Source: Cyanobacteriota bacterium
GTDB lineage: Bacteria > Cyanobacteriota > Cyanobacteriia > Thermostichales > Thermostichaceae
DNA length: 64,000 nucleotides
NCBI GenBank assembly: GCA_033764955.1
Contig: JANRIL010000040.1
Span: forward strand, 1-64,000
Direction of reading: 5' to 3'
This document shows positions 32,508 through 42,955 of this stretch, piece by piece. The position numbers were made by a program, and so were the translations under genes. The notes beneath the pieces were generated by a model. It was given only the letters and a program-made list of their open reading frames with translations, was not told the DNA's origin and did not search any database. Position 1 is the first letter of the stretch; every line of letters starts with the position of its first letter.

Positions 32508-33401
32508 ATGATGGTCGAAACGTTCAACCTGACTGACTACCTCGTCACCCGCCAACAATGGGTGGAGCAAGCCCTCTCAGACTCGATTCCGATTGTTTAT
32601 CCTGAGCGAATCTACGAATCGATGCGCTACAGCCTACTGGCAGGGGGCAAACGGTTGCGCCCGATTCTTTGTTTGGCCAGTTGTGAGTTGGCACAAGGGG
32701 AGATTGCCCAGGCCATGCCCACCGCTTGCGCCCTGGAGATGATCCACACCATGTCCTTAATCCATGACGATCTGCCCAGCATGGATAACGATGACTATCG
32801 GCGGGGCAAGCTGACCAACCACAAGGTCTATGGGGAGGACATGGCTATTTTGGCCGGAGATGCCCTCTTGGCCTATGCCTTTCAGTACATCGCGCAACAA
32901 ACCCAGAACGTTCCCCCAGAACGAGTCTTAGAGGTGATCGGACGGCTGGGACAGGCGGTGGCTGCTAGTGGATTGGTGGGGGGACAAGTGGTGGATCTCG
33001 AATCGGAAGGCAAGCCGATTTCTCTAGAAACGTTGGAGTTTATCCATACCCACAAAACGGGGGCACTGCTGGAGATTTCGGTGGTGTCAGGATCCATCCT
33101 GGCGGGAGCGGATCTCGATATGATCGAGCGCCTAACAGGGTTTGCCCGCGAGATTGGTTTGGCCTTTCAGATTATTGATGACATTTTGGATATCACCGCC
33201 ACCTCAGAGCAACTGGGAAAAACAGCCGGCAAAGATCAAGCGGTGGCGAAGGCCACGTATCCTAGTTTGTGGGGGTTGGAGTTTTCCCGCCAAAAAGCAG
33301 AGGAGTTAGTGGTTTCCGCTAAACACCGTCTGGATCCCTATGGAGAGAAGGCTCAGCCCTTGTTGGCTCTCGCCGACTACATTACCCATCGCACCCACTA
33401 G
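32508..33401 (+). CDS. crtE: Geranylgeranyl diphosphate synthase
   Basis: [31 protein letters not shown]. Confidence 0.96.
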   Translation: MMVETFNLTDYLVTRQQWVEQALSDSIPIVYPERIYESMRYSLLAGGKRLRPILCLASCELAQGEIAQAMPTACALEMIHTMSLIHDDLPSMDNDDYRRGKLTNHKVYGEDMAILAGDALLAYAFQYIAQQTQNVPPERVLEVIGRLGQAVAASGLVGGQVVDLESEGKPISLETLEFIHTHKTGALLEISVVSGSILAGADLDMIERLTGFAREIGLAFQIIDDILDITATSEQLGKTAGKDQAVAKATYPSLWGLEFSRQKAEELVVSAKHRLDPYGEKAQPLLALADYITHRTH

Positions 33402-33472
33402 CGGGTTGCGGTTTTGTCCCCGCCATTTCCCCACCATTGAGGATCCCCTACCTTCTGCCGGAGACATCATGT

Positions 33473-33916
33473 ATGTTGCAACAACTGATGGCTAACCGAG
33501 TACTTTGGACGGCTCTTTTGGCAAGCCTGACGGCTCAACTGCTTAAGCTCTTGTTGGTCTATGGTCGGTCGGGCAGGGTGGATCTGCGGGTGCTGACTCA
33601 AACCGGAGGAATGCCCAGTTCCCATGCGGCGTTGGTCAGTGCCCTAGCTCTGGGAGTCGGGATCCAGGAGGGATGGGACAGCCTACTGTTTGCGGCTAGT
33701 GTGGTTTTTGCTTTGATTGTCATGTATGACGCGGCGGGCATCCGGCAGGCGGCGGGCAAGCAGGCGCGAGTGCTCAATCGCATGATGGATCAGTTGTTTG
33801 AGGAGGACGAGTTTGACGAACCCTATCTCAAAGAATTGCTGGGACATACCCCTTTGCAGGTGGTTGTGGGATCCCTGTTGGGGATTGCCTGTATCCTGGT
33901 GACGTTTCGCTTTTAG
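33473..33916 (+). CDS. Divergent PAP2 family protein (DUF212)
   Basis: GGMPSSH, VMYDAAG, LLGHTP; usual position after crtE. Confidence 0.93.
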   Translation: MLQQLMANRVLWTALLASLTAQLLKLLLVYGRSGRVDLRVLTQTGGMPSSHAALVSALALGVGIQEGWDSLLFAASVVFALIVMYDAAGIRQAAGKQARVLNRMMDQLFEEDEFDEPYLKELLGHTPLQVVVGSLLGIACILVTFRF

Positions 33917-33973
33917 TTCGCTTGGACTGGGCGAATGCGCTTAACCTGAAATGATCCCCATCTCGCCACCTCT

Positions 33974-34696
33974 ATGTCAGAAGTTTCTCCCGCCCACCTG
34001 CCGCAACTCCCCGCCGATTTATCGGAAGCCCAAGCCCAAGCGATGCAGGCAGCTCAGGCGGCTATCACGGCAGGATATCACCGTCTGCAAATAGAAATTC
34101 TTGCTCCTGATCTCAAGCCGGAGGGGTTGGCGTGGCCGTTTTTGCCGTGGTTGGATCCCCCCGCCACAGTTTTTTTTGGTGATGCTGGGGCAGCGGCTTT
34201 AGCCCAGCGAGATTGGGGAGGATTAGGGATCCCCGCTGCGATCCACGTGCAGGGGCTAAGTGAGCGGAGTTCTCTCCCCCCTGAACAGGCGGCCTTATTT
34301 GTCATGCCCGATTTGACCAGCATTGAAATCGTCGAAAAACTCTGTGAAGGCGTGTCCCGCTACTCAGAACGAGCCGTTATGTTACTTAATCCCCAATTGC
34401 AGGATGTCGCTACGGTGGGAGTAGGGCTGGCGGGGCGGCGCTTACGCCAACGGTTTTTGAGCACTTTTGAACCCTGCTATTATCTGCGCCCCCTAGGATC
34501 CGCCGCCCTCTTCCGTTTTTACCCACACCCTTGGACAGTGTGGCAACAAACCTCTGAAGGAAGTTATCGGCTGCTAGCCAGCCAAACCGATAAACCCAAT
34601 GGTGAGGATCTGGCACGCTACCTAGCTCCGTCAGGAGGGGGGCAGGCGAGGCCCCTCCAGGCTCTCCGCCGCTTCATTCAGGCGTTGCAACGCTGA
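33974..34696 (+). CDS. DUF1995 family protein
   Basis: DAGAAALA, LLNPQL, GVGLAGRRLRQRF, ALFRFYPHPW. Confidence 0.88.
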   Translation: MSEVSPAHLPQLPADLSEAQAQAMQAAQAAITAGYHRLQIEILAPDLKPEGLAWPFLPWLDPPATVFFGDAGAAALAQRDWGGLGIPAAIHVQGLSERSSLPPEQAALFVMPDLTSIEIVEKLCEGVSRYSERAVMLLNPQLQDVATVGVGLAGRRLRQRFLSTFEPCYYLRPLGSAALFRFYPHPWTVWQQTSEGSYRLLASQTDKPNGEDLARYLAPSGGGQARPLQALRRFIQALQR

Positions 34697-34767
34697 TTTA
34701 CGGGGGATTGAGTGGTGATGAACTGGATTGGCTGAAGATGGGGGAAATCCTGGGATCCCTGAGCGGG

Positions 34768-35367
34768 TTAGAGGCGCAAGCTGCTTTCGAGAGTGAGGGT
34801 AAAAGATTGTCCGGGACGCAGCACCACCACCTGCGGGGCGGTGACATTGCCGGTTACAACCCCCGCCGCTGCTCCTCCGATCACACCCGTAGTGCTCACC
34901 CCACCCGTGAGGATCCCTAGCACCGCTCCCGCCGCCGCACCAATCGCCGCATCTTCAGCAACCGACTGGCTGGAATACTGGCGGGGATCCTTTTCATCGG
35001 GGAGGATCGGAGAACTGGCTCGCATACTGTAGGTGCGGCCATTCACCTGAATCGAGGTTCCCACAAAGCGGGATCCGCCCGTAGCTGGCTCCATTTGGCC
35101 GGAGATGCGACTGCCGATTGGCAAGACTAGCCGCCCATTGGCATCAAAAATATTTTGGGCAACTGTGAGGGTGAGGGGGTAGACGGTATCGGGGCTAAAG
35201 TATTGCGGCTGATTCGCCGAGCTACTGCTGACCGGGATGACGGTTCCCTGTTGCAGTTGTGACGTACCCAAGTTGAATTGCTGCTGAGCAGGTGTTGGGG
35301 GAGCTAGCCAGCATCCACTTCCCCACAGGCTGATGCCCAACCAGAGAGCGGCTGTCCACTTTTGCAT
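34768..35367 (-). CDS. Secreted hypothetical protein with glycine-zipper segment
   Basis: Signal peptide; GTVIPV; AAIGAAAGAVLG. Confidence 0.75.
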   Translation of the reverse strand: MQKWTAALWLGISLWGSGCWLAPPTPAQQQFNLGTSQLQQGTVIPVSSSSANQPQYFSPDTVYPLTLTVAQNIFDANGRLVLPIGSRISGQMEPATGGSRFVGTSIQVNGRTYSMRASSPILPDEKDPRQYSSQSVAEDAAIGAAAGAVLGILTGGVSTTGVIGGAAAGVVTGNVTAPQVVVLRPGQSFTLTLESSLRL

Positions 35368-35595
35368 GACGGAATCTCCTTGCTGCGACCAGCACGATCA
35401 GCTATCTTATCTATTCCTAATCTAGCTAATGAAACCCTTGGGATCCCTGGCTGGGTTCTTCGGTTTCTAGCTTAGGGAGTTGCGCGAAAGCGTTCTATGC
35501 TGAAAGGGATAGCGGCTGCACTAAGATAGGAGTCTGCCTGTCGGTTCTGCTCAAATAACCCCTTCCTCCCTCCCCGTTGTTGGTGGGATCCCTTC

Positions 35596-36900
35596 ATGTA
35601 TCAACTCATGCTGACCTGGGTCGAGGCGGGTCAACGCCGGAGTCAAGCGATCACCGATCAATATCCCAGTCGCTATCCAGGCAAACTCCGTATGGGTCGG
35701 GATCCCAGTCAATGTGATCTGGTGATCAATGACCCTACCGTGTCGGGGCTGCATGTGGAACTGCAATTTGAACCCGAAAAACGGCGGGTGTATCTCCGCA
35801 ATCTCCGCGAACAAAATCCCCCTCGCCACAACGGTTTGATCGTTAGGGGTGGAAGCATTTTGCGGGAAGGCAGCCAAATTGGTCTCGGCGATGTTGAAAT
35901 CAAGATCTCTGGCTTAAAAATTAAGCCCAGCGTAGCCACCACAGGCTGGAGCGTGATCAGGGGATCCCGTCATTTTGAGGATACCTCCGTCAGTCTCAGC
36001 CAATTGATTCCCATTGTCTCAACAGGGAGTGACCTAACCCAAAAGGGATTTCTGCTGCCTGGGTTATTTACGGTGGTGGTAGTGGTTTCTTTGTTTAGTG
36101 TTTTGGGACACCCGATTTGGTTTAACTTATTGCTAGCTTTTTATATTGGTATTAGCGCCCTTTATTTTATTTATAGCTTGTGTGGGAAATCTAAGCCCTG
36201 GTGGGTTCTATTGGCCTGTGGTTTGGGGATGTTTTTTTTGGTGCTTCCGCCCATTTTTGCCCCTTTTCATGTAATTTTTCGTGAGATCTTACCGGGGGGA
36301 GTTGAGGATCGGGTAGATTTAATTTCTACCTTTGCCAGCTTCTTTTTTGGGGCAGGACTTTTGGAGGAATTGCTCAAGGTGATCCCAGTGTTTATCGCTA
36401 TGGCGATAGGGCGAATCCTACGCTCTCCCTGGCGGGAAAAAGTTGGGGTTTGGGAACCCTTAGACGGTATCTTGTTGGCTTCAGCAACCGCCCTCAGCTT
36501 CACCTGGCTAGAAACCCTAAGTCAATATGTTCCGGGGGTGATTCTGGAGTTTTCTCAGCAGGCAGGGCCAGAAGCAGGAGAATTGCTAGGATTACAAGTG
36601 TTGATCCCACGTATTTTGGGATCGGTAGCGGGGCACATGGCCTATAGTGGCTATCTGGGATATTTTATTGGCTTAAGCGCTTTGAAACCTCGCCAAAGTA
36701 TTTTAATCTTATCCACTGGCTATTTGACGGCATCATTGCTTCATGCACTTTGGAATACTGCCGCCAGTATCAATGCCCTCATGTTGGCTCTTGTCGGAAT
36801 GGTTTCTTATGCTTTTTTGAGCGCTGCCATCCTCAAAGCACGGCAACTTTCACCAGAGAGAGCAGAAAATTTTGCCACTGATTTTTTGCCTCGTCCCTAA
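35596..36900 (+). CDS. FHA domain + PrsW family intramembrane protease
   Basis: FHA motif GRD...VSGLH; PrsW motifs EELLK, FTWLET, GH, LHALWN. Confidence 0.9.
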   Translation: MYQLMLTWVEAGQRRSQAITDQYPSRYPGKLRMGRDPSQCDLVINDPTVSGLHVELQFEPEKRRVYLRNLREQNPPRHNGLIVRGGSILREGSQIGLGDVEIKISGLKIKPSVATTGWSVIRGSRHFEDTSVSLSQLIPIVSTGSDLTQKGFLLPGLFTVVVVVSLFSVLGHPIWFNLLLAFYIGISALYFIYSLCGKSKPWWVLLACGLGMFFLVLPPIFAPFHVIFREILPGGVEDRVDLISTFASFFFGAGLLEELLKVIPVFIAMAIGRILRSPWREKVGVWEPLDGILLASATALSFTWLETLSQYVPGVILEFSQQAGPEAGELLGLQVLIPRILGSVAGHMAYSGYLGYFIGLSALKPRQSILILSTGYLTASLLHALWNTAASINALMLALVGMVSYAFLSAAILKARQLSPERAENFATDFLPRP

Positions 36901-36912
36901 AGATTTAAGAGG

Positions 36913-37512
36913 TTAATTGCTATCTAGCGGAATATCTAAAATGGGATAACTTTGCCAATTCTGAGCATCAAAATGCCACCATTCGGTTGCCAATCCCGTA
37001 AACCCGTATTTTTGCATGATGGACTGGAGAAATAGTCGATTGGCTCTGGCTAAGGGTGGGATCCCTGGATAATGGGTGTGGGAATGTTCTGAAAAATCAT
37101 CAAATGCTGTCCCCATATCTAGGGCGAAACCCGTTCCCGAATCGAGAAGAGTTACATCTACAGCACAGGCGCGATTGTGGCGGGATCCCTGTTGAGGATC
37201 GGCAATATAGCGATCATCCGGCAAAAACTCCCACATTTTGCGTTGCACCGAAAGGGGGCGATAGGCATCGTAAACCCGTAGGGATAGCCCTTGGGAAAGC
37301 AAATCCATTTGAACCTGTTTGAGTTGCTGAGCAACGGTAGGGTGGAGCAAAGCACGCGCTACCGGATACAAAACCTGTCCCAAAAAGTTATCGGCGGTGG
37401 CATAACGAATATCAAGATTGATAGTGGGATCCACTTTATCCAGATCCACCAGGCCAAACTCGGTTAAAGAAGAGCCTGTCATGGGAAGCGAAGCGTTGGG
37501 ATGAGCCATCAT
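36913..37512 (-). CDS. ddpX: D-alanyl-D-alanine dipeptidase (VanX/DdpX, M15)
   Basis: YDAYRP, SRHNRACAVD, EWWHF. Confidence 0.93.
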   Translation of the reverse strand: MMAHPNASLPMTGSSLTEFGLVDLDKVDPTINLDIRYATADNFLGQVLYPVARALLHPTVAQQLKQVQMDLLSQGLSLRVYDAYRPLSVQRKMWEFLPDDRYIADPQQGSRHNRACAVDVTLLDSGTGFALDMGTAFDDFSEHSHTHYPGIPPLARANRLFLQSIMQKYGFTGLATEWWHFDAQNWQSYPILDIPLDSN

Positions 37513-37584
37513 TTGTGTCGCTGGTATGCCAGATGAAGCTGATTATGACAAAATTAGGGGGCTGTTGTGAATGTATTGGCTTTA

Positions 37585-37971
37585 ATGATGTCGGATCTTA
37601 CGCGAGAGAAAACCTATACTGTTCATATTCATGATCGCCAGCACCATTGCCATTATGAAGTGAATGTTCCAGCCCATCGCTACATTTTGATCACAGCAGA
37701 ACAGCAGGGGATCCCTCTACCATTCGCCTGTCGAAATGGGGCTTGTACTACCTGTGCTGTGCGGGTTTGTCGGGGAGAAATTTATCAGCCAGAGGCGATG
37801 GGACTTTCTCCTAAACTGCGTTCTCAAGGCTATGCTCTATTGTGTGTTGGGTTTCCTCGCTCAGATCTGTGGCTAGAAACCCAGGATGAGGATGAAGTCT
37901 ATGAGTTACAGTTTGGTCAATATTTTGGACGGGGATCCACAACAATTGGCCTGCCTTTAGAAGAAGACTAA
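37585..37971 (+). CDS. fed2: 2Fe-2S ferredoxin with C-terminal extension (Fed2/FdC2)
   Basis: CRNGACTTC cluster motif; DEVYELQFGQYF tail. Confidence 0.88.
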   Translation: MMSDLTREKTYTVHIHDRQHHCHYEVNVPAHRYILITAEQQGIPLPFACRNGACTTCAVRVCRGEIYQPEAMGLSPKLRSQGYALLCVGFPRSDLWLETQDEDEVYELQFGQYFGRGSTTIGLPLEED

Positions 37972-37987
37972 TACTAGAGAATAAGCT

Positions 37988-39784
37988 TTATTCCCCCAAA
38001 ATTTCATTGGCCAGCAAGTCTCCTAATTTCTGCTTGGATCCCTGGTTCTTCCCATCACAAATGCTCCAGCGTCGTCGAAAAAACCGCGCCAACTCTTTCT
38101 CCGCTAACCGGAGGGCAATTGGGCGACCGTGAGGGCAGGTGTGTGGATTATGGCTAACTTGCCAGCGATCAATCAGTTGTTGCATCTGCTGAAGTGTCAA
38201 AGGGATCCCATTTTTGATGGCGGTGCGGCAAGCTGTAGCTACTTGCGCGGCATTTAAGTCAGCACATTCACTCAGTTCAGATAGAGCAATCTTCATGTTG
38301 GCTTCTGAGTCATCGGAGTGCCCAAGGATTTTGGGGATGCGTCGGATTAACCAAATCCCCTCCCCAAAGGGTTCGGGATCCAGATGCAATTGCTCCAGAT
38401 TTTCTAACTGGTTTGCCGTGAGATTTTCTAACAAAATAGGACGGACTAGATCCATCAATTGCCATTGTTTTTGGAGATCTTCATAACGCACCCGCTCATG
38501 CGCCACATGCTGTTCCACCAGCCATAACCCTAGCGAATCTTCCACCAAAATATAGGTGTTTTGCAGTTGAGCCAACACCTTTAGATCCCCCCATGGTTTG
38601 GAGGAACCCGATGGAGAGTTCTCCGATAAAATTGGGTTGCCTGACAACGCTGTTGATGGCACATTCTCGCCAAGATGGGAGGGAAAAAGGGGATCCCTAC
38701 TTTCCTGCCTGAGGGAATTTTGCCAACGATAAAGGCTTTGTTGCTCTTTGGCTCTCAGCCATTGACTGGCTCCTGAAGTGGGTTGAACAAGGGGTAAATC
38801 CTGCAAAATTGCCCTGATTAGCCCCTCTAGGTGGCTTTGATGCTCTGACAAGCCCTCTACATAGACTTCGGTTTTAGCGGGATGGCGATTCCAATCAACT
38901 TGAGAGGGCGGCAACTCAAAAAAAGCCAAACATAGGGGATGGCGATGGCGAGGCAGGGTGTTTTGCAAGCTCTTTTGCATCGTCTGCACGAGAGCGGGCA
39001 CCTGCACAAACCGCCGATTGACCGCTACCCGCAGCCAGTCGGGACGGGGACGATGATAACGATCCGGTAAACCCAGAACCACGGTCAGGGATCCCGACCG
39101 CCTTTCCCCCAGATCACTCCGTTGCAGTCGCGGCAGGATTTGCAGCAAGATATCTGCCGCCGTTTCGCCCGCCCACAAGCTCAAGCTTGGCTGATCATTC
39201 ACCCGCATCTCCCAGCTAATCGCCGGATGGGTGAGGGCGCTCTGTTGGATCACGGCTATCATTTGGCGAATCTCTCGGCTAGACTCAGCCAAGGCAACGC
39301 GGCGGGTTGACCAATCCGCGAATAGATCATGCGCCGTCACTATCGTTCCCCCCGCCAGAGCTGCCGGACGCAGCTCCTGCAAACTTCCCTGCATCCCAAA
39401 GCGAGCCAGCCAGCCATGGGGATCCGGGGCAAAACGGGAGGCAATCTCAAGGCGTGCCACTTGAGCCAGACTGTGCAGTGCTTCCCCCCGAAAGCCAAGG
39501 GTACGGATGGTTTGCTGGGATAAGGGCACATCCGGCAGCAGTTTGCTGGTGGTGTGGGCTAAGACCGTCTGGGGTAGATCCTCGCCAGGGATCCCTTGCC
39601 CGTTATCCGCCACACGGATCCGCCACTGCTCCGGCCAAACCTCCACACTAATTTGACTGGCTGCGGCATCCAGGGCGTTTTCCACCAATTCCCGCACCAC
39701 CGCCCCCCAGGAATCCATCACGACCCCTGCCGCCATCCACTCCACCAGATCGGCAGCGAGTGCCTGAATCGGAGCCGGATTCAC
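37988..39784 (-). CDS. mutL: DNA mismatch repair endonuclease MutL
   Basis: RELVENALDA, DNGQG, GFRGEAL, EQHVAHER, ACR, CPHGRP; GTG start inferred. Confidence 0.95.
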   Translation of the reverse strand: MNPAPIQALAADLVEWMAAGVVMDSWGAVVRELVENALDAAASQISVEVWPEQWRIRVADNGQGIPGEDLPQTVLAHTTSKLLPDVPLSQQTIRTLGFRGEALHSLAQVARLEIASRFAPDPHGWLARFGMQGSLQELRPAALAGGTIVTAHDLFADWSTRRVALAESSREIRQMIAVIQQSALTHPAISWEMRVNDQPSLSLWAGETAADILLQILPRLQRSDLGERRSGSLTVVLGLPDRYHRPRPDWLRVAVNRRFVQVPALVQTMQKSLQNTLPRHRHPLCLAFFELPPSQVDWNRHPAKTEVYVEGLSEHQSHLEGLIRAILQDLPLVQPTSGASQWLRAKEQQSLYRWQNSLRQESRDPLFPSHLGENVPSTALSGNPILSENSPSGSSKPWGDLKVLAQLQNTYILVEDSLGLWLVEQHVAHERVRYEDLQKQWQLMDLVRPILLENLTANQLENLEQLHLDPEPFGEGIWLIRRIPKILGHSDDSEANMKIALSELSECADLNAAQVATACRTAIKNGIPLTLQQMQQLIDRWQVSHNPHTCPHGRPIALRLAEKELARFFRRRWSICDGKNQGSKQKLGDLLANEILGE

Positions 39785-39880
39785 GACCTCACCACCAGCC
39801 ACTGCCCTTTTGGGATCCCTAGGCAACAAAACGCTACAGTGAAGATAACTTTTTTGTTCAATGTTTCTTCTGAATGACCC

Positions 39881-40729
39881 ATGCGACACCATCTTACTCG
39901 CGCTCTGCAATCCGGCATTCAACAACTGGCGGGTAGCCAACGGCCTTCCCCCGACACCATGGTTTTGCTCTCCAGCCGCGAATTGGAAAAAATGCGGCGG
40001 GTGGGTCGCTTGGCCGCCGATTTGCTTACCTATCTGGAACCCTTAGTCAAGCCCGGTGTCACCACCCTAGAACTCAATAACCAAGCGGAAGCCTGGACGA
40101 AGGATCACGGAGCGATCAGTGCCCCTTTGGGCTATGCCCCCGGCAACGTTCCCCCCTTTCCTAAGTCGATCTGCACCAGTGTCAATGAGGTGGTCTGCCA
40201 CGGCATTCCCAGTCCTAAGCAGATGCTCAAGGCGGGAGATATCCTCAACATTGATGTCACCCTGATTCTGGACGGCTATCACGGCGACACCTCCCGCATG
40301 TTTTTTGTCGGGGATCCCACCCCCCGCACCCAAAAATTGGTGGAGGTTACCTACGAGTGCCTGCACCGGGGTATTGCAGAAGTGAAGCCGGGCGGACGAG
40401 TGGGGGACATTGGAGCTGCTATTCAGTCCTATGCGGAGGGACAAGGATTTTCTGTGGTGCGCGACTTTGTTGGACATGGCATTGGCAAACGTTTCCACAC
40501 CGCTCCGCAAATTCCCCACTACGGTAACCGTGGTCAAGGGGAAAAACTCCGTCCTGGCATGGTTTTTACCATTGAACCTATGATTAACGAGGGCACGTGG
40601 GAAGTAAAAGTCTTGGCTGACAAATGGACAGCGGTCACCAAAGATCGCAAACTCTCTGCTCAAGCCGAGCATACGGTGGCGGTTACCGAAGCAGGCGTTG
40701 AAATTTTAACCCTACCCTCTCAATCCTAG
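39881..40729 (+). CDS. map: Type I methionine aminopeptidase
   Basis: SVNEVVCHGIP, GYHGDTSR, GHGIG, FTIEPM, EHT. Confidence 0.96.
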   Translation: MRHHLTRALQSGIQQLAGSQRPSPDTMVLLSSRELEKMRRVGRLAADLLTYLEPLVKPGVTTLELNNQAEAWTKDHGAISAPLGYAPGNVPPFPKSICTSVNEVVCHGIPSPKQMLKAGDILNIDVTLILDGYHGDTSRMFFVGDPTPRTQKLVEVTYECLHRGIAEVKPGGRVGDIGAAIQSYAEGQGFSVVRDFVGHGIGKRFHTAPQIPHYGNRGQGEKLRPGMVFTIEPMINEGTWEVKVLADKWTAVTKDRKLSAQAEHTVAVTEAGVEILTLPSQS

Positions 40730-40990
40730 AGCTTGATCTTTATATCTTTTTCCCAAAAACTGCTTCAGCTCTCAGCTACGGCTCGTCCGGCTACCGCCAG
40801 AGTCACGTTTGGAACTCCCCCGCATCTTGTCCGTCTTGATCCTCACCTTGAGCAATTTTGGAAAAAGGGCTGACAAGCGTCCCCTTTGTATCTAAAAATT
40901 AAGGGCGGAGTGATCTTGACCAACCCCGCTTCCCTGACAACCCATTTCAACCCTCGCCGCCCCAGCCTTTATCAAGCAAGACGGAGTTTC

Positions 40991-41755
40991 GTGTTGGTTA
41001 ATGCAATCCGGCAATGGTGGAACCGTTATGGACTGAGCTTGTCAATGTCCATCCTCGCTATGGGTTTGGCTCTCGCCATTCGACAGTCTAATGGCAAGGT
41101 GTTGGTGGAATCCTACCGTTGGATGACTGCCCTCTGGCAACCCAGCATCGACCACACCCTGATCATGAGTCAGGCGGCGAATCAAGAACTCCAGGCGCAG
41201 GTGGCTGAACTGCAATACCAAAACCGTGAACTGAAAAAACTACTGGGGTTTAGCGACCAGATTTTGCCGGATGGGCTGCCCGCCCCCGTGATTGGCCGTA
41301 GTGCCGATCATTGGTGGCAGCAACTGACCCTAGCCAGGGGATCCCTGCAACAGGTCAAGCCGGGGGATGTGGTGATGGCTCCGGGTGGGTTGGTCGGACG
41401 AGTTCAGCAGGTTACCCCCCACACCAGTCGCATATTATTGATCAGCGATCCCACCAGTCGAGTAGGGGTGATGGTCAGCCGCAGTCGGCACATGGGCGTC
41501 ATGCGCGGAAGTGGATCCCAGACCGCTATCCTGGAGTTTTTTGATAAAAATCCCAAAGTGGAGGTGGGGGATAATGTTGTCACATCCGGCCTGAGCAGCC
41601 TCTATCCGGCGGGGTTGGTGGTGGGAAAGGTGCGGGCGATTAACCTCGATGCCAGCCCCGCCCCCCAAGCCCAGGTAGACTTGACAGCGCCCCTCGGCCT
41701 TATGGAATGGGGATTGATCTATAGCTATGTTCCAGCACCTACCCTTACCCCTTAG
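40991..41755 (+). CDS. mreC: Rod shape-determining protein MreC
   Basis: IRQWW start, coiled coil, VIGRSADHWWQQ, GGLVGRV, VVTSG. Confidence 0.94.
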   Translation: MLVNAIRQWWNRYGLSLSMSILAMGLALAIRQSNGKVLVESYRWMTALWQPSIDHTLIMSQAANQELQAQVAELQYQNRELKKLLGFSDQILPDGLPAPVIGRSADHWWQQLTLARGSLQQVKPGDVVMAPGGLVGRVQQVTPHTSRILLISDPTSRVGVMVSRSRHMGVMRGSGSQTAILEFFDKNPKVEVGDNVVTSGLSSLYPAGLVVGKVRAINLDASPAPQAQVDLTAPLGLMEWGLIYSYVPAPTLTP

Positions 41756-42323
41756 GCAACCCGTGAGCGGGTTGATCACTGCCTTATCCGGCATCCTTGC
41801 CACCCTTGCTCCCTGGATTCGCGGGCCTGGGCTAGAACTGGCCGGACTCACTCCCGACTGGCCGCTGATTTGGGTGGTGGCCTGGAGTGTGCGGCGTAGC
41901 GTTTGGGAGGGAGCGGTGGCTGGGTTAACCCTGGGCTTTTTGCAGGATGCCCTGACCAGCAGCAGACCCACCCATGCCCTAGAACTGGCTATCGTTGGTA
42001 TTCTCACTGCCCGTCTGCAAAAACAACGCTATGTCCAGGAGGATTTTATTTCGGTGGCCTTGATTGTTTTTGGCATGGTTGTGATTGCCGAAACCTTGAT
42101 GGCTCTCCAGTGGACATTGTTTAGCGCTGCCACCCTCAATACCCCCACCCTCTCCAGCCTGGGATCCGAGCTGGGGGATGCTCCCCGTTCCTTGGCGAGT
42201 ATCTGGCTGACCCATCAAAAAAACACCCTGATCTCAGCTATTTTGAGCAGCCTTTGGGCTCCGGTGCTCTATCTGCCCCTCTCCGCCTGCTGGGATCCCC
42301 AGGATGCCAAAAAAGCCAAATAA
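41727..42323 (+). CDS. mreD: Rod shape-determining protein MreD
   Basis: PDWPLIWVVAWS, QEDFISVALIVFGM, ILSSLWAP. Confidence 0.93.
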   Translation: MFQHLPLPLRQPVSGLITALSGILATLAPWIRGPGLELAGLTPDWPLIWVVAWSVRRSVWEGAVAGLTLGFLQDALTSSRPTHALELAIVGILTARLQKQRYVQEDFISVALIVFGMVVIAETLMALQWTLFSAATLNTPTLSSLGSELGDAPRSLASIWLTHQKNTLISAILSSLWAPVLYLPLSACWDPQDAKKAK

Positions 42324-42403
42324 CTTCTGTCAACCCCTGGCTGACCAGGAACGAGGGGATCCCTCTGCCGCTTAAAATAGAGGGTGCTCACGAGGAAGAG
42401 ATC

Positions 42404-42631
42404 ATGCCCCATACGATTGTCACGGAAATTTGCCAAGGCATCGCCGACTGTGTGGCCGCCTGTCCGGTCGCCTGCATTCATCCGGGGGAAGTGCCCAATG
42501 GACAAGGACTAAACTACTACTGGATTGACTATCCCACCTGCATTGATTGCGGCATCTGTCTACAGGTTTGCCCGGTGGAGGGAGCGATTGTGCCAGAGGA
42601 GAAGCCCGAATTACAAAAAAGCCCCCGATAG
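42404..42631 (+). CDS. Bacterial-type 4Fe-4S dicluster ferredoxin
   Basis: CQGIADCVAACPVACI and CIDCGICLQVCP; GAGG RBS. Confidence 0.92.
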   Translation: MPHTIVTEICQGIADCVAACPVACIHPGEVPNGQGLNYYWIDYPTCIDCGICLQVCPVEGAIVPEEKPELQKSPR

Positions 42632-42697
42632 TTTCCCGATAAAGTAGAGAGGGCAAACCACCCGATCCGATTTGTCATTTCTTGGGATCCCCTGATT

Positions 42698-42955
42698 ATG
42701 TCCCTTCCCCCTCAGCCCCCCTCCTTTCCCCACCCTCAGGATGTCGCTAACCTGATTCTTTATCTGCAAACGGAATTGGCGCTGATCGAGCAAATTGGAG
42801 TGGAGGAATCCATTTCTCCAGCCCTGCAAGCACGGATTCGCCGTTGCCAGGAGGGTTTGCGGCAGGCCATCGATCAAATGCAGCTACGGGAGTGGTATCG
42901 GGAACTTACCGATGGTTTTCGGGATCAGTTGGGTCGTCTGGAGGAATGGCTGTAA
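42698..42955 (+). CDS. Small hypothetical protein
   Basis: 85-aa helical ORF filling the gap and overlapping the next start. Confidence 0.6.
   Translation: MSLPPQPPSFPHPQDVANLILYLQTELALIEQIGVEESISPALQARIRRCQEGLRQAIDQMQLREWYRELTDGFRDQLGRLEEWL

Noticed and set aside
39700..39940. mutL/map overlap and the AAGVV variant of the MutL AAGEV motif
   Set aside because: The overlap disappears with the GTG start at 39784, and the catalytic ATPase and endonuclease motifs are intact
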